Shown here one piece after another: positions 1-10,132 of a stretch of DNA of 52,310 nt. The notes under the pieces were generated by a model, which worked only from the letters and a program-made list of their open reading frames with translations, did not search any database and had not been told where the DNA came from. Source of the stretch: a virus (taxonomy: Duplodnaviria > Caudoviricetes); the IMG/VR virus record IMGVR_UViG_3300013113_000097, positions 1 to 52,310 of that record, one strand, 5' to 3'. How positions within the stretch are numbered: position 1 is the first letter of the stretch; each line of letters begins with the position of its first letter. Both the position numbers and the translations under genes were made by a program.

Positions 1-198
1 CAAACTGAACCAACACAGAGCGAGATAGACGCAGAGGTTACAAGACTTCAAGGTGTCTATGATGGTAACAAGTATCAGCGAGATAGAGCAGCAGAATATC
101 CAAGCATTGCTGACCAACTTGATGATATATATCATAATGGTGTTGCTGGTTGGAAAACTACAATCAAAGCAACTAAAGACAAATATCCAAAGGGGTAA
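1..198 (+). CDS. 3' end of a small tail-fibre-associated (XkdW/chaperone-like) protein, 5'-truncated
   Basis: Frame 1 is open from base 1 to TAA 196-198: QTEPTQSEIDAEVTRLQ...YQRDRAAEYPSIADQLDDIYHNG..WK..IKATKDKYPKG. This pattern typically alternates with small tail-fibre genes in marine phages. Confidence 0.65.
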   Translation, partial: QTEPTQSEIDAEVTRLQGVYDGNKYQRDRAAEYPSIADQLDDIYHNGVAGWKTTIKATKDKYPKG

Positions 199-201
199 AT
201 A

Positions 202-741
202 ATGCCTACAGAGATTAGTGGCTCAACTGGAGTCAACAAAATACAAGACGGAACAGTTGTAAATGCTGACATAAACAGTAGTGCGGCTATTGCTGGTTCT
301 AAATTGGTAATGCCTACTGGTAGTGTATTGCAAGTAGTACAATTTTCAGGCACAGCAAGTAGAACTGTGATTTCGAGTACAGGTTCTTGGACAAGTCATT
401 TTTCACTAGCAATAACACCAAGTTCAACAAGTAGTAAAATTTTAATTCACGCAACTGTACCTGCTATGGTTTCTGGTAGTAGTAATTTAAACAGAGGTGG
501 TTTTCGATTACAAAGAGGTTCAACTACGATTTGGAATACTGACAGTTTTAGAGAGCATTTGCAATTTAGGAATGCAGACACTGAAGGTAATTCAATTCAA
601 AATGTTATGTATTTAGATAGTCCAAGTACTACTTCAGCAACTACTTATACTTTTCAAGGTCATTTAATGACGGGTAGTGGGTTATATATGTTTAGTAAAG
701 CAGAAGGTTCTAATATGATACTTATGGAGATAGCGGGATGA
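202..741 (+). CDS. Small tail-fibre/tail-associated beta-rich protein
   Basis: 179 aa, Ser/Thr/Gly-rich, with GSVLQVV...ITPSSTSSKILI...YLDSPSTTSATTY...LMEIAG, a pattern common in marine phage tail-fibre cassettes. Confidence 0.6.
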   Translation: MPTEISGSTGVNKIQDGTVVNADINSSAAIAGSKLVMPTGSVLQVVQFSGTASRTVISSTGSWTSHFSLAITPSSTSSKILIHATVPAMVSGSSNLNRGGFRLQRGSTTIWNTDSFREHLQFRNADTEGNSIQNVMYLDSPSTTSATTYTFQGHLMTGSGLYMFSKAEGSNMILMEIAG

Positions 742-926
742 CGGCTAAGCAACAAGTACAAATAGATAAACATGAAAAACAAATAGTAGATTTATATAAA
801 GATGTTAGAGAAATTAAAAATATGCATCTAAAATTTATGTCAATGGGTAAAGGTCTGTTAATTGGTTTTGGTTTAATGATCGCAACAGATTTTGGTTTAG
901 GAGAGTTGTTACTTAAATTATTATAA
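738..926 (+). CDS. Small coiled-coil protein with a C-terminal TM segment (holin/XhlA-like candidate)
   Basis: 62 aa, heptad N-terminus followed by hydrophobic GLLIGFGLMIA; ATGA overlap with the upstream gene. Confidence 0.45.
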   Translation: MTAKQQVQIDKHEKQIVDLYKDVREIKNMHLKFMSMGKGLLIGFGLMIATDFGLGELLLKLL

Positions 927-937
927 AGGAGAATATA

Positions 938-1051
938 ATGCAACCAAAGAACAAGAAAGGACAATATATAAAACAAACGTTTTCAAACAAAGTTAAATAC
1001 GTTTTTAACGTAATTATTTGGAAAGTAGAGAAATGGGTAAAGCCAAGCTAA
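938..1051 (+). CDS. 37-aa hypothetical protein (not in the ORF track)
   Basis: AGGAG RBS, ATG at 938, MQPKNKKGQYIKQTFSNKVKYVFNVIIWKVEKWVKPS*; fills the intergenic gap exactly. Confidence 0.55.
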   Translation: MQPKNKKGQYIKQTFSNKVKYVFNVIIWKVEKWVKPS

Positions 1052-1052
1052 T

Positions 1053-1484
1053 ATGATAGCTTTTATAACAAGTATAGCTCCAATAGCGTTAGGCTTTGTT
1101 GCTAAACTTATAGCTTTAAAGAGTCAAGCAGCATCTGAACAACAGAAGTTGATGATAGAGTCAATGCAAGCACGCAATGACGCTATTAATCAAACTAGGG
1201 CTTGGGCAGATAAAGAAAGCCCTATGGCTGCTTGGAATAGACGAATTATTATATTAACTATACTAGGACTAATAATATTCACACAGATAGCACCCGTATG
1301 GTTTAATATACCAACAGCAATACCAATAGTTCATAAAGGATTTAGCTTCTTTGGACTTGATATAACGCAAGATGTAATTGAATATCAAGTAATAAATGGC
1401 TTAATTAAGTATGACGAAATATTTGCCTGGGCAAGTATGATTATAGAGTTTTATTTTGGTGCACAATTAGCAAAGGGGAAGTGA
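1053..1484 (+). CDS. Holin-like membrane protein
   Basis: 143 aa with 2-3 hydrophobic segments, a W.RR motif and C-terminal FYFG, resembling 3TM holin-type proteins. Confidence 0.5.
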   Translation: MIAFITSIAPIALGFVAKLIALKSQAASEQQKLMIESMQARNDAINQTRAWADKESPMAAWNRRIIILTILGLIIFTQIAPVWFNIPTAIPIVHKGFSFFGLDITQDVIEYQVINGLIKYDEIFAWASMIIEFYFGAQLAKGK

Positions 1485-1485
1485 T

Positions 1486-2070
1486 ATGGAAACATTAACG
1501 ACTTACGCATTACAGTTTTGGCAGTTTAGTTTAGTAATTGTATTAATAATTATTGGAGGTCTTTGGAAGTTCTTAGATAGACATGTAGAACCTAATCTAA
1601 AGTTTAAAGCAATAGACATGCCTCATATGAGACCTATTCCTATACCTACTAAAGGTAAAGGGTTTTGGGGAGGACTTAAAGTCTGGTTATTTGTATCACG
1701 TAAGTGGGAAATAGTTAAAGACTATCATTATATTGTTGATGGGCAAGAACTAGTAATACCAAAAGGCTTTGTATTTGATGGAGCATCAGTTCCTAAGTTT
1801 TTACATACCTGGTTATCACCAATGGGTGTACTATTAGTTGGAGGTTTGATACACGATTACGGTTACAAATATCAAACATTACTATGTAAAGGTAAAAAGA
1901 AGACTATTGGTTTAAGAAATCAAAAACAATTAGACATAATATTTAGAGACGTAAACATAATACAAAATGGGTTCAGGTTAATTAACTACTTAGCTTATTA
2001 CGGACTAAGATTAGGTGGATTTGCAGCTTGGAATAAACATCGTAAAGTAAACGCTAAATGGAATAAATAA
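1486..2070 (+). CDS. DUF1353-family protein with an N-terminal membrane anchor
   Basis: IPKGFVFDGASVP...LIHDYGY...D.IF...Y.GLR.GG motifs characteristic of DUF1353. Confidence 0.75.
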   Translation: METLTTYALQFWQFSLVIVLIIIGGLWKFLDRHVEPNLKFKAIDMPHMRPIPIPTKGKGFWGGLKVWLFVSRKWEIVKDYHYIVDGQELVIPKGFVFDGASVPKFLHTWLSPMGVLLVGGLIHDYGYKYQTLLCKGKKKTIGLRNQKQLDIIFRDVNIIQNGFRLINYLAYYGLRLGGFAAWNKHRKVNAKWNK

Positions 2071-2071
2071 A

Positions 2072-3517
2072 ATGGCAGCAAGCAAAGAACATTTAAAAGA
2101 GATTAATAAAGATTATAAGCTTAAGAGAACTGATGAAGTAACTTCAGCAGGTAACCGAGTTTATCTAAATACTAAAACAGGAGAGAAACATTCTGAGATT
2201 GTTATAACTATAGAATATCCTGAAGGAAGTGGAAATTGGGTTAATGTTCCTAGCTTAATTAATGGTAAAGTTTATACTACTAAAGGTGTTATTAGAATGC
2301 TTGATACAGGCAGAGTAAGACCTAATAGTAGTCATATAAGTGAAAATGACGCTATTGAAGCTGCAGTATATCGTAGTAATAATCTACAATCTAATACTGG
2401 AGAAACTTTAAAACCAAATAATGAATTAGCTGATTTTGATCCAGTTAGACAAGCTTTTATAGATGAAAATGTAAATGCATTTGCAAGTACTTTTCCAACT
2501 AGAGAAGAAAATCCTAATGGATTATTTAGAGTACCAACAGAACTTGAAGAACGACTTAATCAACAAATTCTTGGTACAGATACAGCTTCGATGGAAGAAA
2601 CTGTTGCTAATAATAACAATCTTAAACAATTAGCAGCAATTATGGACAGAGCAGAAGCTGAAAAAGATGATAGCAATAACAATGTAAATTTAGTGCGTAG
2701 TCAAACAGAAAGAATAACTGGGCAAGAAAATCAAGGTGAATTAGATGCAGAAGCTGCAAGTAAAAGAGCAAGTCTTGAAAGAATGTATCAAATAATGGAT
2801 AGAGCACAAAATGAAAAAGATGATAGTTATTTTTATAATCCTGATAATCCAGATTTGAATACTCCTTGGAAAAACTGGAATGCTAAATACCGTATGGAAG
2901 ATATACTTAGAGGAACTGGATTAAAAGGTGCTGAAAACCCTACAATGAATCGCTATACACAAACACCAGTATCAGCAGCAGATCAAGCTATGTTTGATAA
3001 AGCTAAAGAAGAAAGAAGACTTTTACATATGGGTAGGGCTATGTCATCTTATGAACCAAGATATACACCCCCTATAGATACAGGAAAAAGAGTGAGAAAA
3101 GAATTACTTCCTCCTATGCCATTAGGTAACGCTCCTGCTATGGATGATACTGCAGATATTGAAGCAGGTATGAAAACTAAGTATACATTTTCAGAAGGTC
3201 CAAGTACTAGAGGACGAAAAAGAAAAAAGCCTATATTTAGCTTTAATATGTCTCCTGATGAAAAAATGAAAGATAACAGAAGTTTAAAAGGATTAGCTCC
3301 TAAATACGGAGAAATGCCAGGATTTAAAAAAGCAGAAAATGGTAATTACTGGAGTGCAGATGAAAACTCTGAATTTTGGAAAACAGATGCTGGATATGAA
3401 AAAGCAATGGAAACTTGGGGTGCTAGTGGAAATCCATTACCTACATTTGTAAAAAGACCTGCTAGAAAAGAATTAGATGTACAAGCAATTAAAAACTTTT
3501 TTAAACCTAATAGATAA
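2072..3517 (+). CDS. Hypothetical 481-aa hydrophilic protein, possibly virion-internal
   Basis: Long ORF with no Cys seen, located upstream of the portal; contains an internal repeat (IMDRAEAEKDDS / IMDRAQNEKDDS). Confidence 0.7.
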   Translation: MAASKEHLKEINKDYKLKRTDEVTSAGNRVYLNTKTGEKHSEIVITIEYPEGSGNWVNVPSLINGKVYTTKGVIRMLDTGRVRPNSSHISENDAIEAAVYRSNNLQSNTGETLKPNNELADFDPVRQAFIDENVNAFASTFPTREENPNGLFRVPTELEERLNQQILGTDTASMEETVANNNNLKQLAAIMDRAEAEKDDSNNNVNLVRSQTERITGQENQGELDAEAASKRASLERMYQIMDRAQNEKDDSYFYNPDNPDLNTPWKNWNAKYRMEDILRGTGLKGAENPTMNRYTQTPVSAADQAMFDKAKEERRLLHMGRAMSSYEPRYTPPIDTGKRVRKELLPPMPLGNAPAMDDTADIEAGMKTKYTFSEGPSTRGRKRKKPIFSFNMSPDEKMKDNRSLKGLAPKYGEMPGFKKAENGNYWSADENSEFWKTDAGYEKAMETWGASGNPLPTFVKRPARKELDVQAIKNFFKPNR

Positions 3518-3834
3518 TGGATATTAAGTTTCATAGATGTACAGTTTTACAAAATGGCAATGCTTATCTATACTATAGGCATGATAAGCGTATTAATGGA
3601 TACTTAGCTTTAACAATAGCAATTGGAGATAATTTCAAAGATAAAAAGAATTTTGCAAAATTATTAAAATACTTTTTTAATGAAATTATTATTAATGATG
3701 ATCTTTATGTAAGTTTTGCAGATAATGATAAGGGTTACTTTAAATATATTGATAAAACTCCAATAGAGTTTGAGAACCATATCATTTATAAAGTTAAACG
3801 ATATAATAATGGACAATTTGAGGAAGAAGCATAA
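3517..3834 (+). CDS. Hypothetical protein
   Basis: 105 aa, coupled by TAATG overlaps on both sides. Confidence 0.65.
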   Translation: MDIKFHRCTVLQNGNAYLYYRHDKRINGYLALTIAIGDNFKDKKNFAKLLKYFFNEIIINDDLYVSFADNDKGYFKYIDKTPIEFENHIIYKVKRYNNGQFEEEA

Positions 3835-5963
3835 TGGCAAAACAACATGATTTAGATGTAGATTTAAGTGAACCAAAGAAGCTTGTAGATTGGAAGAATC
3901 CACCTGATTTATTAGAACTTAAAGCTGATTATGATGAAGCTCAGTCATCACATACATCACATGTATTAGATGTTGATAATTGGATAAGTGCTTTAAATGG
4001 TGAGCAAACAATTAATAATAAGAAAGGTAGATCAAAAATTGTCCCTAAACTTATTAGAAAACAAGCTGAATGGCGTTATGCTGCATTAAGTGAACCTTTT
4101 TTATCAACAGATGATTTATTCAATACGTCTCCAATGACATTTGAAGATAAAGAGTCTGCTATACAAAATGGTTTATTATTAAATTATCAAATCAATTGCA
4201 AAATAGATAAAACTGCTTTTATTGATGAGTATGTGCGTACAGCTGTAGATGAAGGTACTGTTATTGTTAAAGTAGGATGGACATACGAAGATGAGACTAT
4301 AGAAGTTGAAGTTCCTGATTTTGAATATCAGCCATCACCAGAATCAGCACAAATGCATGAACAGCTACATCAAATGATGGAAGCTGACCCTCAAAAATAT
4401 AAACAAGATATTGCACCAGAAATACAAGAAGCTCATAGATTAACTATGGAAACAGGTGTTCCAATGATGGGTGTACAAGTAGGCTCTCACATAGAAGAAC
4501 AAATAAAAGTTCTTAAAAATCAACCTGATTTAGAAGTATGTGATTATAACAATGTAATCATTGACCCGACTTGTTTAGGTGATTTAGATAAAGCTAATTT
4601 TATTATTTATAGTTTTGAAACATCTATGGCTGAACTTAAAAAAGATGGTAGATACTCAAATCTAGAACATGTTATTTTAGAAAATGCTGCCCCATTAGCA
4701 CAACCAGACCATAATTTAGAAGATGAAACTAACTTTAAGTTTAAAGATGATCCACGTAAAAAGATTATTGTTTATGAATATTGGGGATACTGGGACATTA
4801 ATGATACTGGTGAAGTAGAACCATTTATTGCTACGTGGGTAGGTGATGTACTAATTAGGATGGAAAGTAATCCATTTCCTGATAAAAAGTTACCTTTTGT
4901 AGCAGTTCAATATTTACCTGTACGTAGACATATATACGGAGAACCTGATGGTGCATTATTAGAAGATAATCAAAAGATTATTGGTGCTGTAACACGAGGT
5001 ATGATTGATATTATTGGTAGGTCTGCTAATGGTCAAATGGGTATTCGTAAAGATGCATTAGATGTTACTAATGCTCGTAAATTTGAACAAGGAGCTGATT
5101 ATAAGTTTAATTCTAATGTAGACCCTAGACAAGCATTTCATATGGATACTTATCCTGAAATACCTAACAGTGCTCTTAACATGCTTAATCTTCAAAACAA
5201 TGAAGCTGAGTCTTTGACAGGTGTTAAAGCATTTAATAGTGGTATTAGTGGCTCAGCATTAGGTAATACAGCTACTGGTATTAGAAGTGCATTAGATGCA
5301 GCGTCTAAACGTGAGTTAGGAATACTTAGAAGATTAGCAGACGGTATTAATCAAATTGGTCGTAAGATTATATCTATGAATGCAGAGTTTTTATCTGACC
5401 AAGAAATAATAAGAGTAACTAATGAAGAGTTTGTTGCTATTAATCGTGAAGACTTAGGTGGTATGTATGATATTAAATTAAATATATCTACAGCTGAGGC
5501 TGATAACGAAAAAGCACAAGAACTATCTTTTATGTTACAAACAATGGGTAATAATATGGACCCATCTATGTCACAGATAATATTATCTGATATTGCTAGA
5601 TTACGTAAAATGCCTGATTTAGCAAAACAAATTAAAGAATATCAGCCACAACCTAATCCAATGGCTGAACAAAAAGCACAACTTGAATTACAATTACTAC
5701 AAGCTCAAATACAAAATGAAAGTGCAAAAGCAGCTGAGAATGCAGTAGATGTAGAATACAAGAAAGCTAAGACACAAACAGAAATATCTAAATCTAGAAA
5801 CTTAAATAGTAAGTCTGATTTAGAAGACTTGAATTTTGTTGAACAAGAGTCTGGAGTTGGCAGACAACATGAAGAAAATATGAAAAAAGTAGATCAACAA
5901 AATACAATGGATAATAAATTTGCAGATGCAATAATTAACGATCCAATGTTAAATCGGCAGTAA
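3834..5963 (+). CDS. Portal protein (N4 gp59-like)
   Basis: GRSKIVPKLIRKQAEWRYAALSEPFL, YGEPDG.LLEDNQKI.GAVTRGMID.IGRSANGQ and GIRSALDAASKRE motifs of N4-like portals; synteny fits. Confidence 0.95.
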   Translation: MAKQHDLDVDLSEPKKLVDWKNPPDLLELKADYDEAQSSHTSHVLDVDNWISALNGEQTINNKKGRSKIVPKLIRKQAEWRYAALSEPFLSTDDLFNTSPMTFEDKESAIQNGLLLNYQINCKIDKTAFIDEYVRTAVDEGTVIVKVGWTYEDETIEVEVPDFEYQPSPESAQMHEQLHQMMEADPQKYKQDIAPEIQEAHRLTMETGVPMMGVQVGSHIEEQIKVLKNQPDLEVCDYNNVIIDPTCLGDLDKANFIIYSFETSMAELKKDGRYSNLEHVILENAAPLAQPDHNLEDETNFKFKDDPRKKIIVYEYWGYWDINDTGEVEPFIATWVGDVLIRMESNPFPDKKLPFVAVQYLPVRRHIYGEPDGALLEDNQKIIGAVTRGMIDIIGRSANGQMGIRKDALDVTNARKFEQGADYKFNSNVDPRQAFHMDTYPEIPNSALNMLNLQNNEAESLTGVKAFNSGISGSALGNTATGIRSALDAASKRELGILRRLADGINQIGRKIISMNAEFLSDQEIIRVTNEEFVAINREDLGGMYDIKLNISTAEADNEKAQELSFMLQTMGNNMDPSMSQIILSDIARLRKMPDLAKQIKEYQPQPNPMAEQKAQLELQLLQAQIQNESAKAAENAVDVEYKKAKTQTEISKSRNLNSKSDLEDLNFVEQESGVGRQHEENMKKVDQQNTMDNKFADAIINDPMLNRQ

Positions 5964-5977
5964 TTTTGAAAAAAGAG

Positions 5978-5986
5978 TGATATAAT
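5978..5986 (+). promoter_or_regulatory. Extended -10 sigma70-type late promoter candidate
   Basis: TGaTATAAT in the gap ahead of the gp58-gp57-capsid genes. N4 late genes are transcribed by host sigma70 RNAP. Confidence 0.6.
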
Positions 5987-6040
5987 CGCGAAAAAGGAGA
6001 ATTTTACTACTTTGTTTTTATCTCAATAAGAGGACACACG

Positions 6041-6385
6041 ATGAGCACAGAAGAACAATTGCAAGAGTTAGAAGATAATATGCAGCAAGCTAAGCATTTT
6101 ATCGAAGTCAAAAATAGTTGCGTAAAACTTTTTAAAAATAGAGAATTTAAAAAAGTCATACTAGATTACTATTTCAAAGAAGAAGCAGCTAGATTGGTTA
6201 TGGCAAAAGCTAGTTCTTTAAATAAAGAACAACAAGCTGTTATAGATAATATGATATATGGAATTGGAGCATTAAGTAATTTCTTTGATAGTGTACTGAC
6301 TAGAGGTACACAAGCAGAACAAGCTTATAAAGAAGATGAAGATGCTAGAACTCAAATATTACAGGAGGACTTAAGCAATGGCTGA
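6041..6385 (+). CDS. N4 gp58-like conserved protein
   Basis: 114 aa, L..N.EFKKVI.DYYFKEEAARLV; lies between portal and gp57. Confidence 0.75.
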   Translation: MSTEEQLQELEDNMQQAKHFIEVKNSCVKLFKNREFKKVILDYYFKEEAARLVMAKASSLNKEQQAVIDNMIYGIGALSNFFDSVLTRGTQAEQAYKEDEDARTQILQEDLSNG

Positions 6386-7598
6386 AGTAAATAGTCCTCT
6401 AGGAATGGATGATGAAGAATTCCTAAAACAAGATTTAGGTGAACTTGAAGCTCAATTAATTGCAGCGGAAGAAGCAGAAGAAACAAAAGCTCAAGAAAAC
6501 ACTGAAGAAATTGATACTCCTGAAGAAGAGCAAACTTCTGAAGAGGTAACAAGTGAAGACGAAGAAGTAACTCCTGATGGGGTCGACCCCTATGAGGAAA
6601 CGGATGAGTCTGAAAGTAATACGGAAGAATCTGATGAAGAGATATTAGAAGATGAAGTAGCTGACCTAGATGAGGATACTCAACTAGAAGACGAAACATT
6701 AGAAGATGCTATAGAGTTAGAGTCGGAAGATACAGATGCTACTGAAGATACCAATGCAGCTAAAAACGAGAAGGATACTTCTCAAGCTGAAATTGATTAC
6801 GAAGCAGCATATAAGCGGATAATGGCACCATTTAAAGCTAGCAAACGAATGATGCAAGTCGATAATATTGACGATGCAATAGCGTTAATGCAAAAAGGAG
6901 CTGACTATCATAATAAGATGAAAAGATTAAGTCCTAATCTTAAGATAGTAAGTATGTTAGAAAAAGAAGGATTGTTAGAACAAAGTAAACTTAACAATCT
7001 AATTGATATTTCTAAAAAAGACCCTAAAGCAATTGCTCAGCTTATAAAAGAAAGTGGCATTGATCCGTTAGATATAGATACTGATGAGGAAACAACATAT
7101 AAACCTAATAACTATGGTGTATCTGATAAAGAATTTAAGATAAATCAGGCAATTGATGATATTAGAGATACCCCATCTTTTGATAAAACTATAAACATTT
7201 TAGCTAAAGAGTGGGATAACGAAAGTAAAAATCTAATATCAGATAATCCAGAGATTATATCTATTATTAATGACCACGTATTTAACGGAGTCTTTGATAA
7301 AGTTCAATCAGTTGTTGATACTGAACGTGCATTAGGACGATTAAATGTACCTGATGTTGTTGCTTATAGACAAGTAGCAGAACACTTACAGTCTCAAGGA
7401 ACACTACAAAGTCAACAGGAATCTGTTGTACCTCCTCCTGCATCTGTACCGAAGGCTAAAGCAAAGGACCCTGCTGTTGTAAAACAAAAACGTAAAGCTG
7501 CAGCAGGAACAAGAAAGACTGCAGGCAAAACTGAATCAGTTGGAACTAATTACTTAGGTATGACTGACGAAGAATTTATGAAGTTAGCCGATGTATAG
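6378..7598 (+). CDS. N4 gp57-like protein (putative scaffolding protein)
   Basis: Very acidic N-terminal third, then Y..IMAPFKA...LMQKGADY..KM; the motif LGM(D/T)DEEF occurs at both termini; lies directly upstream of the capsid gene. Confidence 0.85.
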   Translation: MAEVNSPLGMDDEEFLKQDLGELEAQLIAAEEAEETKAQENTEEIDTPEEEQTSEEVTSEDEEVTPDGVDPYEETDESESNTEESDEEILEDEVADLDEDTQLEDETLEDAIELESEDTDATEDTNAAKNEKDTSQAEIDYEAAYKRIMAPFKASKRMMQVDNIDDAIALMQKGADYHNKMKRLSPNLKIVSMLEKEGLLEQSKLNNLIDISKKDPKAIAQLIKESGIDPLDIDTDEETTYKPNNYGVSDKEFKINQAIDDIRDTPSFDKTINILAKEWDNESKNLISDNPEIISIINDHVFNGVFDKVQSVVDTERALGRLNVPDVVAYRQVAEHLQSQGTLQSQQESVVPPPASVPKAKAKDPAVVKQKRKAAAGTRKTAGKTESVGTNYLGMTDEEFMKLADV

Positions 7599-7634
7599 TC
7601 TTTCTCTTTTAATATACAGCTATAGGAGAATAAT

Positions 7635-8921
7635 ATGGCTTTAGAATACGGCACAGGCGCAAATGGCGCCAGTAATGTAGGTGCACAAGCGCGCACTGAC
7701 TTTTATTTTAAGAAAGCGCTCATTAAAGTACGTGACATTCAGTACTTTATGCCATTGGCAGATGTTAGGGCTATGCCTAAGCATCATGGTAAGACAATCA
7801 AGCAAGATGTATATCAACCATTACTAGATGATTTGAATACAACAGACCAAGGTATTGATGCTGACGGTCTAATTCAAACTAGTACTAAGTTCATGGCTTG
7901 GGATAAAGCAGGTACATTACAATCAGGTGGTACTGGTTGGACAGCAGCAACTGCAACTCATGCTGGTTATTATGCAACTCAAGCTAATGCAACTACTGCA
8001 GCTGGTACTGGTGGTAGTACTAAGCAAATGTATGGTAACCTTTACGGTTCATCAAAAGATGTTGGTGTAATCGCTGATCGTCTACCAGCATTAACTGAGA
8101 ATGGTGGAAGAGTTAACCGTGTAGGTTTCAAGCGTACACAAATTACTGGTTCACTTATCAAGCAAGGTTTCTTCACTGAGTACACTCAAGAGTCTCTAGA
8201 TTTTGATTCAGACTCTGAGTTGTTGTCTCACATCACTGAAGAGATGATGGTTGGTGCAACAGAAATGACTGAAGCACAATTGCAGAAAGATCTAATCAAT
8301 ACTGCTACTTCTAGCGGTACTGCTTATTTCATTGGTGGAGCAGCAAAAGCTAACGTTAATGCTGTAGCAACTTACAATGACTTGATGACATTGTCTATTG
8401 CGCTAGATAACAACAAGACACCTAAGCAAACTAAGATTATTTCAGGTTCTCGTATGACAGATACTAAAACTGTTAACGGTGGACGTGTTATGTACATTGG
8501 TCCAGATTTAATTCCAATGGTACGTAAGATGACTGATATATCTGGTTCAGGTGTTGGTTCAGGATTTGTTGGTGTAGAGAAATACGCTGACGCTTCTACA
8601 ATCCTTAACGGTGAGATTGGTTCAGTAGACCAGTTCCGTTTTGTTGTAGTTCCTGAAATGCAGTATGATTCAGGTGCGGGTGCATCTAATGCAGACATTT
8701 ACCCTATGCTTTGTGTAGGTGACGGTTCATTTACTACTATCGGTTTCCAAACTGATGGTAAGAGCCTTAAGTTCACTACTACTCACAAGAAGCCAGGTAA
8801 AGAGACTGCTGACGTGAACGACCCTTACGGTGAAAAGGGTTTTTACTCAATCAAGTGGTACTATGGGTTCATGGCTCTACGTCCTGAGCGTCTAGGAATC
8901 ATTTGGTGTAAAAAAGCTTAA
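7635..8921 (+). CDS. Major capsid protein (N4 gp56 family)
   Basis: QYFMPLA...[21 protein letters not shown]...[15 protein letters not shown] and [21 protein letters not shown] motifs. Confidence 0.97.
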   Translation: MALEYGTGANGASNVGAQARTDFYFKKALIKVRDIQYFMPLADVRAMPKHHGKTIKQDVYQPLLDDLNTTDQGIDADGLIQTSTKFMAWDKAGTLQSGGTGWTAATATHAGYYATQANATTAAGTGGSTKQMYGNLYGSSKDVGVIADRLPALTENGGRVNRVGFKRTQITGSLIKQGFFTEYTQESLDFDSDSELLSHITEEMMVGATEMTEAQLQKDLINTATSSGTAYFIGGAAKANVNAVATYNDLMTLSIALDNNKTPKQTKIISGSRMTDTKTVNGGRVMYIGPDLIPMVRKMTDISGSGVGSGFVGVEKYADASTILNGEIGSVDQFRFVVVPEMQYDSGAGASNADIYPMLCVGDGSFTTIGFQTDGKSLKFTTTHKKPGKETADVNDPYGEKGFYSIKWYYGFMALRPERLGIIWCKKA

Positions 8922-8929
8922 TTAAGCTT

Positions 8930-8962
8930 GTCTTCCTCACATACTACGTATGTGGGGAAGAC
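8930..8962 (+). terminator. Strong stem-loop after the capsid gene (terminator or mRNA stabiliser)
   Basis: GTCTTCCTCACATAC-TAC-GTATGTGGGGAAGAC, 15-bp stem with one G:U; the weak U-tail suggests read-through. Confidence 0.65.
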
Positions 8963-8979
8963 TTAATATAGGAGATATT

Positions 8980-9597
8980 ATGAACATAGACGAAATGACA
9001 TCCAAACAAATTAGTGATGAGTTACGTAATCACGGTGTAAATATGCACTTTAACAGTAAAAGAGAAAAGTTAGTGCAAGCACTAGAAAATATTAATAATA
9101 GCGATGAAATAAATATAACTATGAATACAAAACAATCAACTGCTAAAACAGATGAAGAAATAGCTGCTGAAATGGGAGTTACTATTCTTACTGATGATAT
9201 GATAGATAATTACACTTATAACGGCATTGAGTTAGAAGGTTTACAAGCTGCAGAAGGATTAAGTTTAATTAGAGTTATAGTTAGACCAAATGATCCATTA
9301 AAAGTAGATGCTGTAGGTGATATATTTACAGTAGGTAGTAATGTTATTAATGATGGTCAAGCTGTTAAAAAATATATTCCGTATAACAATGATGAAGGTT
9401 GGCATATACCTAAGATTTTATATAATCATCTTAAAGCAGCAGAATGCCAAATCTTTGCAAGAACAACTCGTAATGGTCAAGAAGTTATGGAGCCTAAAAA
9501 TATTAAAGCATACAATGTTGAAGTGTTACCTCCATTAACACCAGAAGAAATTGACAAGTTACGTGTTAAACAAAAAGCAACAGGATCAGTAGGATAA
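8980..9597 (+). CDS. N4 gp55-like protein
   Basis: L.RV.....DP.K....G.IFTVG.....KKYIPY....GWHIP...EVLPPLT.EE...L...Q motifs; GGAG RBS favours ATG at 8980. Confidence 0.85.
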   Translation: MNIDEMTSKQISDELRNHGVNMHFNSKREKLVQALENINNSDEINITMNTKQSTAKTDEEIAAEMGVTILTDDMIDNYTYNGIELEGLQAAEGLSLIRVIVRPNDPLKVDAVGDIFTVGSNVINDGQAVKKYIPYNNDEGWHIPKILYNHLKAAECQIFARTTRNGQEVMEPKNIKAYNVEVLPPLTPEEIDKLRVKQKATGSVG

Positions 9598-9601
9598 TAT
9601 T

Positions 9602-10132
9602 ATGGCATTAACCCAAGCAAACTTAACACAAGGCAGTGGCTTAACAGTTACTAATAACGTAGTCACAGGTACTGGTGTATTTGATGATCTGATGGAAGCT
9701 GTTACTACACACTTAGAAGCACAATATCAGTTAGGTAGAATAACAGGTTCAGATTTTGCAACAGTTTACTTGGGAGCAATGCAATCAGCACTACAACAAT
9801 CAGTAGCATATACAATAGGACAAGAAAAAACAAATGCAGAAGTTGCTTTGTTAACGCAAAAACAAACAACTGAATTTGCTCAAACTCTTGTAACAGGTAA
9901 CACTACACCTAATGCTAATAGTGTAATGGGTAAAGACATTACATTAAAAGCTGAACAAGCTAAAGGATTTAAGTGGAATGCTGACCAGAAGTATCTTAAA
10001 ACTTTATTAGATGCTTGGGCTATTAATACTAATGTAGCTGGTACACCAGTAACAACAGTTACTGCTCTTAATTCTGGAGGAGTAGGAACTGATCTAAATG
10101 CTCAAATTGCTAACGCAGAACCTACAGGGTAA
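9602..10132 (+). CDS. N4 gp54-like structural protein (short version)
   Basis: GTGVFD.LM.A...HL.AQY..GRITG.D.A.VYLG and C-terminal K.LLDAW motifs; synteny fits. Confidence 0.85.
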   Translation: MALTQANLTQGSGLTVTNNVVTGTGVFDDLMEAVTTHLEAQYQLGRITGSDFATVYLGAMQSALQQSVAYTIGQEKTNAEVALLTQKQTTEFAQTLVTGNTTPNANSVMGKDITLKAEQAKGFKWNADQKYLKTLLDAWAINTNVAGTPVTTVTALNSGGVGTDLNAQIANAEPTG

